64,000 bases of DNA from an uncultured Solirubrobacterales bacterium (GCA_963703895.1 CAVPFX010000003.1:139049-203048), one strand, 5' to 3'. Numbered from the stretch's first letter, positions 22,156 to 31,103 are shown. The notes: a model not told the origin generated them from the letters alone. A program made the numbers and translations.

Positions 22156-23685
22156 CTAGGCAGGGACGGGCTCGGTTGCGGTCTCGCTCTCAGGTTGGGT
22201 GTGCTGCACGAAATCCCTGGATCGCACGAGCGCAAAGCCCAGCGCTGCCCCGACGAAGGAGAGAATCGCGGCGATCAGGATGATCTCGTTGAAGGCGCCG
22301 ACGAAGGCGATGTCGGACGCATGCACGACCTCCGGGCGAATCCGGGCCGGAGTCACCGCCCCGGCCGCGCGCGAGCCGCCCGAGGCGATGATTTCGCCGA
22401 GGCCGTTCGGTGCGTGCGGCAGCAACTCGGAGATCCTCGAGTTGACGCTCGACTGGAAGACCGCCCCCAGCCCGGCCACCCCGGTCGCGATCCCAACCTG
22501 GCGAAAGGTGGTGTTGATCCCCGATCCCATGCCCGACTTCTCGACCGGGACAACCGCGATCGCCACCTGGCCAATGCTGGGATTGGTGATGCCGATGCCG
22601 ATGCCGGCGACGAGGAAGCCGGCGAGCAGCGTCGTCCAGGTCGAGCTCGGCGAGACCCCGTGCATCAGCAACAGGCCGGCGCCGACCGTGGCAAGGCCGA
22701 CGCCGAGCAGGACCCGGATCGGGATCCTGTTCGAGAGCGCGCCGGAGATCGGCGCGACGATGAAGCCGAGCACCGTCAGTGGCAGGAAGCGCAAGCCCGC
22801 TTCGAGCGGCGAGAAGTCGAGCACCCCCTGCATATAGATGGTCAGGTAGAGGAACATCGCGAACATCCCCGCCGAGAGGCCGAAGGCGACGGCGGAGACG
22901 CCGTTGAAGGCGGCCTTGCGGAAGAGCGAGAGGTCGAGCATCGGGTATTTGGTGCGGAGCTCGATCGCGACGAAGGCCGCGAGCAGGGCCGCGGCGCCGA
23001 TCAGGCAGAAGAGAATCGGGGGGCTGCCCCACCCCTCCGGGTTGCCCCGAATCAAGCCGAAGATCAGCAGGAAGAGGGCGAGTGAGAAGGTGACGAGGCC
23101 GGGCACGTCGACCGGTTCGGGGTCCTTGGCGAAGACGTTGACGATCCGGCGCTCGGTCAGCACCATCGCCGTGATTCCGATTGGCACATTGAGGAAGAAG
23201 ATCCACTCCCAGCCGAGGCTTTCGGTGACCAGGCCGCCAACCAGCGGCCCGACCGCGACCGCGCCGCCTACCGTTGCCCCCCAGACGCCGAAGGCCGTCG
23301 CCCGGTCCTTGCCGTGAAACTCCTGGCCGATCAGGGCCAGCGAGGTGGCGAACATCCCCGCCCCGCCGATCCCCTGCAGTCCGCGCGCCAGATTGAGCAG
23401 GGTCGGGTCATTGGCAATGCCGCAGAGAAACGAGGCGAAGGTGAAGATCCCGAAGCCGATCGTGAAGACTCGTCGCCGCCCCAACCGGTCGCCCAACGAG
23501 CCGGCCGTGAGCAGGAAGGCGGCAAGCATCAGCGAGTAGGCATCGACCACCCACTGCAGGCTGGAGAGACTGGCGTGGAGCTCACGCTGGATATCGGGAA
23601 GAGCGACGTTGACGACGGTCACGTCCAACAGCAGCATGAACGTCGCGACCGAGACGAGAAGAAGGGTCCACCACTTGCGCTCCAT
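22156..23685 (-). CDS. MFS transporter, DHA2 (EmrB/QacA-like, 14-TMS) family
   Basis: LLLDVTVVNVALPDIQREL, GSLGDRLGRRRVF (motif A) and about 14 hydrophobic segments. Confidence 0.85.
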   Translation of the reverse strand: MERKWWTLLLVSVATFMLLLDVTVVNVALPDIQRELHASLSSLQWVVDAYSLMLAAFLLTAGSLGDRLGRRRVFTIGFGIFTFASFLCGIANDPTLLNLARGLQGIGGAGMFATSLALIGQEFHGKDRATAFGVWGATVGGAVAVGPLVGGLVTESLGWEWIFFLNVPIGITAMVLTERRIVNVFAKDPEPVDVPGLVTFSLALFLLIFGLIRGNPEGWGSPPILFCLIGAAALLAAFVAIELRTKYPMLDLSLFRKAAFNGVSAVAFGLSAGMFAMFLYLTIYMQGVLDFSPLEAGLRFLPLTVLGFIVAPISGALSNRIPIRVLLGVGLATVGAGLLLMHGVSPSSTWTTLLAGFLVAGIGIGITNPSIGQVAIAVVPVEKSGMGSGINTTFRQVGIATGVAGLGAVFQSSVNSRISELLPHAPNGLGEIIASGGSRAAGAVTPARIRPEVVHASDIAFVGAFNEIILIAAILSFVGAALGFALVRSRDFVQHTQPESETATEPVPA

Positions 23686-23726
23686 GGGGCGAAACCCTAG
23701 AGAACCGACTCCGCCGGCTTGGATCC

Positions 23727-24575
23727 TCAGCGCAGGTAGCTGAGCGCCAGGAGGCCGGCGTTGCCCGAGGCTTCGAGTGCCGCCCTGCGGAAGGCGAGCG
23801 GGTCGAAGCCCTGGCCGGGCGAAAGCTTCTTCGGCAGCGCGAGAAGGGTGAACATGTACGTTTCCCCGCTGCCTTCGGGACAGATTCCGTAAGCAACCTT
23901 GCCAAAGCTGTTGCGACCGACGACGGCGCCCTTCGGCAGCTTGCCGGCCTCGATTTCCTCCAATTCTGGGCTCAACCCAGCGACGGCCCAGTCGAAGAAG
24001 AGCTTCCCCGCCACCGGCTGAATGTTCATCGCGAGCAGGGCCAGTTCGGCGGTTCCCGGCGGCACCCCCTGCCAGCTAAGAGCCGGCGAGGTGTTCTTGC
24101 CGTCGCAGGTGTACTCGGCCGGCAAGGTCTGCGGGCCACCGCTGGACGGCTGGCTCGAGGGACTCTGCAAGGTCATGCTGGCCACCGTCGCCTCGCGGCG
24201 CTGCTCAGGGGTGATGCCCGGCTCCGGCGCACCCGTGGGCTGTGGAACGGACGGGCCCTGCTTCGCGCCAGTGGATGGCTGTCCGCCTCCAGGGGCCGAG
24301 CCGCCCCCAGCCGGGTCCTTCGCCGAGGGACTGCTGGCGCCAGGCCCTCCCTCGATGTCGTTCGAGTCAGCGGTACTCGGGGCTCCCGAGTCCGACTGTC
24401 CCGAGGCCGGCGCCGGGGCTCCCGAGTCCGACGTGGCCGAGCTCGAGCTATCCGAAGAGCCTCCCCCGCAACCGACGAGCAAAAACGCCGCAACCACGAG
24501 CGCCAGGATCGCCCCGGCGCTCGTGGTCTTTGCGGGCTTGGCTAGGAGACGCTGATCGACTCGCCCCTGTGCCAC
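23727..24575 (-). CDS. PEBP (YbhB/YbcL)-domain lipoprotein with low-complexity Ser/Gly/Pro linker (module copy 1, 'D1')
   Basis: Lipobox LLVGCGGGSS. C-terminal TCDGKNTSPALSWQGVPPGTAELALLAMN...GETYMFTLLALP is a PEBP-type signature. GTG start at 24575. Paralog of 38024..38887. Confidence 0.75.
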   Translation of the reverse strand: MAQGRVDQRLLAKPAKTTSAGAILALVVAAFLLVGCGGGSSDSSSSATSDSGAPAPASGQSDSGAPSTADSNDIEGGPGASSPSAKDPAGGGSAPGGGQPSTGAKQGPSVPQPTGAPEPGITPEQRREATVASMTLQSPSSQPSSGGPQTLPAEYTCDGKNTSPALSWQGVPPGTAELALLAMNIQPVAGKLFFDWAVAGLSPELEEIEAGKLPKGAVVGRNSFGKVAYGICPEGSGETYMFTLLALPKKLSPGQGFDPLAFRRAALEASGNAGLLALSYLR

Positions 24576-25177
24576 TCAAACGCTTCCGTGGGGAAGACCC
24601 CGTTCCATTCGACCGTTTCGCCGAGCGATTTCAGCGAGGTCCCCGTCGCTGAGAAGCTCGACGGGCTGAACGTGGCGGTTTCGGTCGTGTTGTTGATCAG
24701 ACCGCCGGCCGTTCCGGTGACGTGAGCCCAGACGCCCCACAGCGGGCAGAACCAGCCGCCGTAGAGAACCCAGACGTCCACCCCTTTGACCACGAGGTAG
24801 TTGCTGCTGCTCACGGTTTTCAGTTCGGAAGGCCATGGGAACGATTCGGCTTCGATCGCTTCCACCGTGCAGGTCGAGTTGGTGTAGCAGTTGAACAGGG
24901 GCAGGCTGGTGATGTTCCCCTTGCCGGTCCCCGCTTCGTTTTTGATGTCAACTTCGTAGAGGAAGTTGTCGCATGTGGTCGTGAATCCCCACATCGTGAG
25001 GCCGCTTTTTTCGGCCCCGCCGAGGATCGTTTCGGTCCCTTCCAGCGCTTTGCCTTCGAACTTCCAGGCCGGCGCCGCACTCGCCGTGGTGGCGAACATC
25101 GCACAAAGCACCGCCAGGACCGCCAAAGCGGCGCCAACGGCTTTTGCCCTCACCACCCTCGTTCTGGGCTCTTGCAT
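24542..25177 (-). CDS. exported protein of unknown function, paralog family 1 (module copy 1, 'C1')
   Basis: Signal peptide ...LCAMFATTASAAPAWKFEGK. Close paralog of 38854..39474. Overlaps the downstream PEBP gene by 34 nt. Confidence 0.75.
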   Translation of the reverse strand: MQEPRTRVVRAKAVGAALAVLAVLCAMFATTASAAPAWKFEGKALEGTETILGGAEKSGLTMWGFTTTCDNFLYEVDIKNEAGTGKGNITSLPLFNCYTNSTCTVEAIEAESFPWPSELKTVSSSNYLVVKGVDVWVLYGGWFCPLWGVWAHVTGTAGGLINNTTETATFSPSSFSATGTSLKSLGETVEWNGVFPTEAFEWHRGESISVS

Positions 25178-25214
25178 GACTGTGAATCTCCTGTCTATTT
25201 GCTCGATGGACTGG
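25178..25214 (-). promoter_or_regulatory. conserved 5' leader/RBS shared with 40389..40427
   Basis: The blocks ATCTCCTGTCT and ATTTGCTCGATGGACTGG (plus-strand reading) are identical in both places. On the coding strand this reads CCAGTCCATCGAGCAAAT...AGACAGGAGAT..ATGCA. Confidence 0.6.
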
Positions 25215-25416
25215 AAAAACAGCTACTGCTGATAATGCCTTCTAGAAGATGATCAGCGCCGCTGGCGCCCCCCTTTGCCCTGCAGATTTCCCCGCCAAGC
25301 TTCCTTCCCAAGGCTCCTAGCGTACCCTGACGCTGTCCAACAAGTACCACATCGGAGCCCGGCTTACCACCTCATGCACCCAGCTCCAAGTGCCTGAGCG
25401 CAGGAAGTGGGCTCGC

Positions 25417-26262
25417 TCAGACCGCCAGGTGGCCGAACTTCTCGCGGATGCGATGGTAAAAGCTCGTGCCCGGGAGCTGGGCCAGGCAGGCAACGGAGTC
25501 GGCGAAACTGATGTCCAGAGCGGCGCCAGGCGCCAGCGTGGTCGCCTGGGCGCCGTCGATGGCCACGTCAACCGGCTCGCGGCCGGCGGCATTGCCGACA
25601 GTGAGCACGTCCTGGGGAGCGACGACGAGGGCGCGCGCGGTGAGCGAGTGCGGCGCGATGTAGCTGACCACGTAGCCCTTCACGCCCCAGGCGAGAATCG
25701 GCCCCTGGTTGGCGAGGTTGTAGCCGGTCGAGCCCGCCGGCGTGGCGGCGACGAGGCCGTCGCAGCGCACGTTGCCGACCTCCTCGGCGCCGATCCGGTA
25801 GCTGAGCTCGGCGACGCGGTCGCGCGGCCGGCGGCTGAAGCTGACGTCGTTGAGCGCGAAGCGCCGCTCGCCGTCGATCCCGATCGCCAGCGCCGGCAGG
25901 TCGATCGTCTCGGTCTCCCCCGCCAGGGCCCTGCGAATGCCCTGCGCAGCGTCGGCGCGCTCGACCGCGGCAAGGAAGCCGACGGTGCCGAAGTTGACGC
26001 CGAAGACCGGCACCGTGGTGCCGGCGAAACTGCGCAGCGCGTGGAGGATCGAGCCGTCACCGCCGAGCACGAGGCAAAGATCGGGGTCGCCCGGCAGCGA
26101 GTCAACCCGCTCGACCCCGTCCGCCGCCTGGTTGTGCTTCTCGATCTCCTCAGCGGTGGCGACCAAACGCCAGCCGGCCTCAGCCGCCACCGCGGTAGCC
26201 ACCGCGACCGCTTCCGTCGCCGCTGGCGGATGCGAGTGAGTGATCAGCGCCGCCGTCTTCAC
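25417..26262 (-). CDS. nadK: NAD kinase
   Basis: VLGGDGSILHALR and NDVSF motifs. GTG 26262 (VKTAALITH) forms a GTGA overlap with the tlyA stop. Confidence 0.9.
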   Translation of the reverse strand: MKTAALITHSHPPAATEAVAVATAVAAEAGWRLVATAEEIEKHNQAADGVERVDSLPGDPDLCLVLGGDGSILHALRSFAGTTVPVFGVNFGTVGFLAAVERADAAQGIRRALAGETETIDLPALAIGIDGERRFALNDVSFSRRPRDRVAELSYRIGAEEVGNVRCDGLVAATPAGSTGYNLANQGPILAWGVKGYVVSYIAPHSLTARALVVAPQDVLTVGNAAGREPVDVAIDGAQATTLAPGAALDISFADSVACLAQLPGTSFYHRIREKFGHLAV

Positions 26263-27044
26263 GCGTCGGGCTCCACGGCTTCGATCGCAGCCTCGAGGTC
26301 GGACAGCTCGTCGCCGCCACCGCACCAGACGAAGGTCTCGCGGTTGCCCTTCGGGCCCGGCAAGCCGGAGGAAGCAAAGCCACGAACGGGCAGTCCGAGC
26401 TCACCGGCTGCGCGAGCGACCGTGAGGATCGCCTCACGCCGATCGGCGGCGTCGCGGACCACGCCCTTGCCGACCCGCTCACGACCCAGCTCGAACTGCG
26501 GCTTGACCATCGCCAGGACCTCGCCGTGCAGGGCGAGGCAGCCGGCTACGGCCGGCAGGATCTTGGTCAGCGAGATGAAGGAGACGTCGACCGTCGCCAA
26601 GGCGGGCACGAAGGGCAGGTCGGTTAGCTCGAGCTCGCGCGCGTTGAGGCGCTCGATCACGCTCACTCGCGGGTCTTCGCGGAGCCTCAGGTCGAGCTGC
26701 CCGTAGGCGACGTCGACGGCGGCCACGCGAGCGGCGCCCCGCTGCAGCATGCAGTCGCTGAAGCCCCCGGTCGAGGCGCCAACGTCGAGGCAGTCGCGGC
26801 CGGAGACATCGATTCCCAGCTCATCCAGGGCGTTTTCGAGCTTGATCCCGCCACGCGAGACGTAGCGCGGCCCCTCGTCGACGATCAGCGCCGCCTCAGG
26901 CTCCACCAGCTGGCTGGGCCGCAGGGCGACGGGGCCATCGCGCCCGACGCGCACCGAACCGGCCCGCACCGCCCCAGCGGCGGCCGTGCGCGAGGGGAAA
27001 AGCCCCTGTTCGGCCAGCACCGCGTCTATCCGCGCCTTCTTCAT
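26259..27044 (-). CDS. tlyA: TlyA-family rRNA 2'-O-methyltransferase (S4 + FtsJ domains)
   Basis: MKKARIDAVLAEQGLFPSRTAAAGAVRAGSVRV (S4 domain) and DVGASTGGFSDCMLQRGAARVAAVDVAYGQL (SAM-binding). The tlyA-nadK-recN order matches M. tuberculosis. Confidence 0.9.
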   Translation of the reverse strand: MKKARIDAVLAEQGLFPSRTAAAGAVRAGSVRVGRDGPVALRPSQLVEPEAALIVDEGPRYVSRGGIKLENALDELGIDVSGRDCLDVGASTGGFSDCMLQRGAARVAAVDVAYGQLDLRLREDPRVSVIERLNARELELTDLPFVPALATVDVSFISLTKILPAVAGCLALHGEVLAMVKPQFELGRERVGKGVVRDAADRREAILTVARAAGELGLPVRGFASSGLPGPKGNRETFVWCGGGDELSDLEAAIEAVEPDA

Positions 27045-27400
27045 CGCCGCAACCGTAGCGCCGGCCCGCCCGTCCGTGAGCCAATCGCGCTCGGGCACAG
27101 GTTTTTAACCACGCTTTGGCTTGAGTTGATTCCATGCCTGAAAGCCGGGCAGCAGCCAGTCAGCGAGGCGCTCGGCGGGCGCGGCGGAAGTCTGTGATCG
27201 CACTCACACACATACCGCACATACGTTCGTATGCTGTTCAAGGATTCGCAGAGGACAACCGATAAGGGGCAGATACAAAAAGACTTTTTGGCTGGGTTCA
27301 GCGTCGCCCATACGGCTTCATCGCTTCCCACGATGATCAGCCCGCGACACATCAAAGGGCCCACCTACCTCCCACGGATCCACATATATAGAGATACATA

Positions 27401-27465
27401 TCTCTCCTCCCTGTAGTAACCCCAGAACTCGCCTCGGCTCCCCGCCGGGGCGTTTTCTGTTGTGG
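27401..27465 (+). repeat. mosaic repeat copy 1 (65 bp identical to 31039..31103; left flank 27362-27400 resembles copy 3)
   Basis: TCTCTCCTCCCTGTAGTAACCCCAGAACTCGCCTCGGCTCCCCGCCGGGGCGTTTTCTGTTGTGG, read directly. Confidence 0.9.
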
Positions 27466-27550
27466 AGCCAAATCCTCGGCGTCCGCCGCTCTCGATCAAC
27501 CTCGCCAGAGCGCCAATGCGCCAGTCCATGCGCCAGTCAGCCCCAAGTCG

Positions 27551-28228
27551 CTACCGGCTGGCGCCTCGCCGCCGAGGCCAGCGATTCAAACTCTCAAACT
27601 CCCGCACGAACGCAAAATGCAGCTCGCTCACGTCTGACCCCGCCTCTGCCTTGCGAAGTCCTTCGATGAAGTAGAGGTTGAAACTCAAGCTCGGAAATGG
27701 GAATACACGCCGGAGGCTTGCGTCGATCTCGCGCTCGCCACGATTTGCTAGCCGCTCAGCAGTCACGGCGATGAACCGCTCCTGAAGGCCGGTAGGCGAC
27801 CTAGCTTGATCCTCATGCAGGGCGTTCGCTAGGAATTCGGCAGCCTCTCCTGCGCTCACGGCATCGCCGTCCTTCAGCTCAGACAACCGCTGTCGCGCTA
27901 GACGCTCGCGATCCTCCTCCTTCACGGAAGCGGCAATCTCTCCCGCTCGGGAAGGCGGCAGGAGAGGAGAGTTCTCCTTCTCGCCTGGCTTGTCGATGAT
28001 GCTGATGACCTTTGCGTATGCAAAGGGATCAAGCCTGGGGGTGACTCCCCGGCGCAGGAGGAGCAATCCGCAGTCCGTCGTTGAGGCTTTCATCAACAAT
28101 CGACTAGTCGCGTGCGCTGCGGCCTGAAATACGCCGGGATCAACCGAGCGTTGAAGGCTGAGGGTGTAGCCGGCGAGCAAGGCGCTGGAGACGCGAGCGT
28201 CGTCCTGTCTTTCGCCGAGCGTGGTCAC
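27551..28228 (-). CDS. hypothetical protein
   Basis: 225-aa ORF with ordinary composition. Its start overlaps the stop of the upstream replication-relaxation gene by 4 nt. No motif recognised. Confidence 0.5.
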   Translation of the reverse strand: MTTLGERQDDARVSSALLAGYTLSLQRSVDPGVFQAAAHATSRLLMKASTTDCGLLLLRRGVTPRLDPFAYAKVISIIDKPGEKENSPLLPPSRAGEIAASVKEEDRERLARQRLSELKDGDAVSAGEAAEFLANALHEDQARSPTGLQERFIAVTAERLANRGEREIDASLRRVFPFPSLSFNLYFIEGLRKAEAGSDVSELHFAFVREFESLNRWPRRRGASR

Positions 28229-29319
28229 GAATCGAGCTCGGGGTGGCTTTCCAGCAGCGCGATCGCGATGTCTTGCCGCCGAATGAGAGCCTTACGTGAG
28301 GCACCGGCCAAGGCGCAGATGACGGGCGGAAAGCTCGGGTAGTGACCGCGCCACAGCGGTTCGCTGCGTTTGTCGCGGGCGCGACAAAGCTGCCCGTAGC
28401 GGGCTAGCTCGGCAATCAGGCGTTCAACCGAGAGAGTGGCGCGGTCCACCTCAATGAAGCGCTGCTCGTAGACGATGTGCCGCTCGTCGGCTCGCACATA
28501 GCTCAAAACAGCATCGGCGATCAGCGTCCGGCGAGCGCGACCGCGCCCACGGTTGAGGGGATGGGCGACCTCATGCCGCCAGGAGAGCGGCCCGAATTCG
28601 TCGCCACGCTCGCGTGCCGCCCGCAGGAAGCTGATCCCGACCTCGTTGACGCCGAGGGTGTGGGCGCGCAGCGGTCCCGCCGCCTGCTCGGGGCTGAGAA
28701 CTTTCGGCCGGCGCTCGACGCCGGCGTCAACTACCCAGTCAGCGCCGCGCTCGGTCAGGAACCACAGACGGCGCGGAGCGCGCCGATTATCGACGTAGGC
28801 AACCAGGCCCGCCCGCCGCAAGTAGGAGAGGATTTGCTGAGTGCGGCGCGGGCTGCGATCCGCGAAGTGGATCGCACGCACCTGGGCGGTCGAAAGGACG
28901 CGATGCTCGCCGATGGAGGCAAGCACCTCGCTGGTCGCTTCCGGGGTTCGCAGGCGAGCGCCTGCCTGCCAGTTCACGCTGGCCCCCAGGACAGCGAGCG
29001 ATTGACGGCGAGGTGCTGCGGAGCCAGCGCCGAGCCGGTGATCGACTGTGGAGTCGGAGTTGCCAGCACCAAGGCGATTACGGTCGCCGAGGTGATGGAG
29101 AAGCGTTGCCGAGCCAGCGCGGAGGTGGTAGCGCAGGCGTCGAGTGCAAGGGACGTGGAGAGAAAAGAGATAGAGAACATGACGAAGACCTCCTTGACGG
29201 TGTTTTGAATTGGAAGTGGCGTAGGAATGTCGGCAAAACGCCAGGCCCGCAAACGGCGCTGTGGCGGGCTTTGGTCGCCCTTGGCGCCAACCGGCACGCG
29301 AAGCGACAGGCGCAGCCAA
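28225..29319 (-). CDS. replication-relaxation family protein (start uncertain, probably downstream of 29319)
   Basis: VLSTAQVRAIHFADRSPRRTQQILSYLRRAGLVAYVD...LWFLTERGADWV...HTLGVNEVGISF resembles the winged-helix replication-relaxation family (PF13814) of actinobacterial plasmids/ICEs (from memory). The N-terminal ~110 aa look non-coding. Confidence 0.6.
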   Translation of the reverse strand: MAAPVASRAGWRQGRPKPATAPFAGLAFCRHSYATSNSKHRQGGLRHVLYLFSLHVPCTRRLRYHLRAGSATLLHHLGDRNRLGAGNSDSTVDHRLGAGSAAPRRQSLAVLGASVNWQAGARLRTPEATSEVLASIGEHRVLSTAQVRAIHFADRSPRRTQQILSYLRRAGLVAYVDNRRAPRRLWFLTERGADWVVDAGVERRPKVLSPEQAAGPLRAHTLGVNEVGISFLRAARERGDEFGPLSWRHEVAHPLNRGRGRARRTLIADAVLSYVRADERHIVYEQRFIEVDRATLSVERLIAELARYGQLCRARDKRSEPLWRGHYPSFPPVICALAGASRKALIRRQDIAIALLESHPELDS

Positions 29320-29619
29320 GGGCGAAGCGCGAAACGAAAGAAAAGCGGCGGTGATAGTTCTGCTTCCATGCCTTACAGAGCAGCGAGGGACCGAAGTGGT
29401 CCCCCCTCCTTAACCTGAGATTCGCGCCTCATACCTACCTGTCGAACGAGGCGGCGAAATCCGGCAGGAGATCGGGCGAGCCTCCCTGGAAGCGGGTCGC
29501 GAAGCCGGGGTGAAAACGAATTGGCCACTGTCTTACAGGGGGCCGAGTCGGGAAAGTGGTCCCCTGTTTTTCGTCCAACCCTGCACAGCAATCGGTCAGC
29601 GTTCTAGTGTCCGTCGTCG

Positions 29620-30300
29620 ATGCCTGAACCGAAGCCGATCTTCGCGCTACCGGCCGGTGCGACGGTCCGGTTTATGCAGGGCGAGCCACCTATGGGATCT
29701 GTGTCCTTTGCCGTGCTGTGGCTCCGGCTTTCGCTCCAGTACGCCGATGTAGCCGAACAGGACCCGCTGACGGAGGAGCAGGCCGAGGAAATAGCACGCG
29801 CCCTGGCCGATGGCGGGAAGGTCAAAGCGAAGGACCAGAGCGATACGCCGGAGATAACTGCGGCCGTGGTCGCAATCACCGCCGCCGCCTTTGCCCTCGA
29901 TGCGATGTACGGGGCACTGCGTCCCATCGTCAATTCTCCCGCCACGGAGGGATGCAAGAAGCCACCTCGCCATGCCCAAGTGATGGAGTTGCTAAAGCAC
30001 GGCTTCAAGGTCAGCGGACGCGATCAGGGCCATTGGCCGACCGAAATGGAGTGGCTCTTTCGCCTGCGCGATCTCGGCGTACACCACGGCGAGGAGCTAC
30101 GACCGCTCGTGGAGGAAATGCGCACCGATCAGGTCGTAGTGTTTGCACCCGCTGAGGCCGAAACCTTCTCCGCAGAGAATGCCCGGCGAGCCGCAGACTT
30201 CGCGAACGAGGTGATCGAGCACTGCATGCAGCACCCGAAGCCCGCGACCGCCGGGTGGGCAGGCATGCGGCTCTCGTCGCTGGAGAACCCGGACGACTAG
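29620..30300 (+). CDS. hypothetical protein with possible HEPN-type Rx4H motif
   Basis: 226-aa ORF. WLFRLRDLGVHHGEE contains R-D-L-G-V-H (Rx4H) in a helical context. No other motif recognised. Confidence 0.45.
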   Translation: MPEPKPIFALPAGATVRFMQGEPPMGSVSFAVLWLRLSLQYADVAEQDPLTEEQAEEIARALADGGKVKAKDQSDTPEITAAVVAITAAAFALDAMYGALRPIVNSPATEGCKKPPRHAQVMELLKHGFKVSGRDQGHWPTEMEWLFRLRDLGVHHGEELRPLVEEMRTDQVVVFAPAEAETFSAENARRAADFANEVIEHCMQHPKPATAGWAGMRLSSLENPDD

Positions 30301-30327
30301 CGCCGCCGGGCGGGGTACCATCGGGGC

Positions 30328-30516
30328 ATGGCTCAGGCCACCAAGCTCACCGACTCTGAGATACAGCGACGCCGTGCGGCGGCTTCACGGCTTCGTGGCT
30401 TGTTCGCCGACGTGGCTCCCGGCGAGAGCTTGGTTGACGAGCTGATCGCGGATCGGCGCGCGGAAGCGCGGGCTGAAGGTCGCGAGGGCAAGGCCGTCAG
30501 GCGTGCCCGAGGCTGA
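30328..30516 (+). CDS. vapB: type II antitoxin (VapB-like)
   Basis: 62-aa ORF that overlaps the start of the PIN toxin gene by 14 nt. Charged C-terminus. Confidence 0.6.
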   Translation: MAQATKLTDSEIQRRRAAASRLRGLFADVAPGESLVDELIADRRAEARAEGREGKAVRRARG

Positions 30517-30916
30517 AGTCGCGGCGGTCCTCGACGCCTCAGCGTTGATGGCCGTCCTTCACGATGAGGAAGGTGCCGATGCGGCTGCGGAGGCAATCGC
30601 GAACGGCGCAGCGATCTCCGTCGCCAACTGGGCAGAGGTCCTGACCAAGCTGGCCGAACGTGGCCGTGATCCCGAGCAGGCAGCATCCGAAGCTCGCAAG
30701 GCCGAGGGCTCCAGACGAGCGCTGTCGATTGAGCCAATGACGGCGGCCGACTGCATTGCGGTCGCTCGCCTGCGACTGACGACCAAGGCTCAAGGACTTT
30801 CGCTGGCAGACCGAGCCTGCCTGGCGCTGGCGGAGCGCCTTGGTGTTCCGGCCGTGACGGCGGATCAGGAATGGGCTAAAGCAGACGTTGGGGCCGAGGT
30901 TCAGCTAATCCGCTGA
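30503..30916 (+). CDS. vapC: PIN-domain toxin VapC
   Basis: VLDASALMAVL (first acidic residue), AISVANWAEVLTKL, and LSLADRACLALAERLGVPAVTADQEW are a typical PIN layout. GTG start. Confidence 0.8.
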   Translation: MPEAEVAAVLDASALMAVLHDEEGADAAAEAIANGAAISVANWAEVLTKLAERGRDPEQAASEARKAEGSRRALSIEPMTAADCIAVARLRLTTKAQGLSLADRACLALAERLGVPAVTADQEWAKADVGAEVQLIR

Positions 30917-31038
30917 GCCTTTCGGTGCGCCAATCGTGCGCCAGTCAGACGCTGAACCAGTCGGCTACAACCGGATTCAGTCGGACGAGATTCGCTCTGC
31001 CATGCGGTTTTCCGCTTGCCGATGCGGACACCAGTCGG

Positions 31039-31103
31039 TCTCTCCTCCCTGTAGTAACCCCAGAACTCGCCTCGGCTCCCCGCCGGGGCGTTTTCTGTTG
31101 TGG
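31039..31103 (+). repeat. mosaic repeat copy 2 (identical to 27401..27465)
   Basis: Read directly. The left flank is unrelated to copy 1. Confidence 0.9.
31075..31098 (+). terminator. weak intrinsic terminator inside repeat copy 2, downstream of vapBC
   Basis: GCTCC-CCGCC-GGGGC hairpin (5 bp including one G-T pair) followed by GTTTTCTGTTG. The same structure occurs at 27437-27460. Confidence 0.4.

Noticed and set aside
27041-27364. 107-aa Cys-rich minus-strand ORF upstream of tlyA
   Set aside because: It lies in the AT-richer tract with no RBS, has odd composition (CICPLSVVLCES...VCECDH...CCPAF) and overlaps the tlyA start region. It is treated as non-coding.
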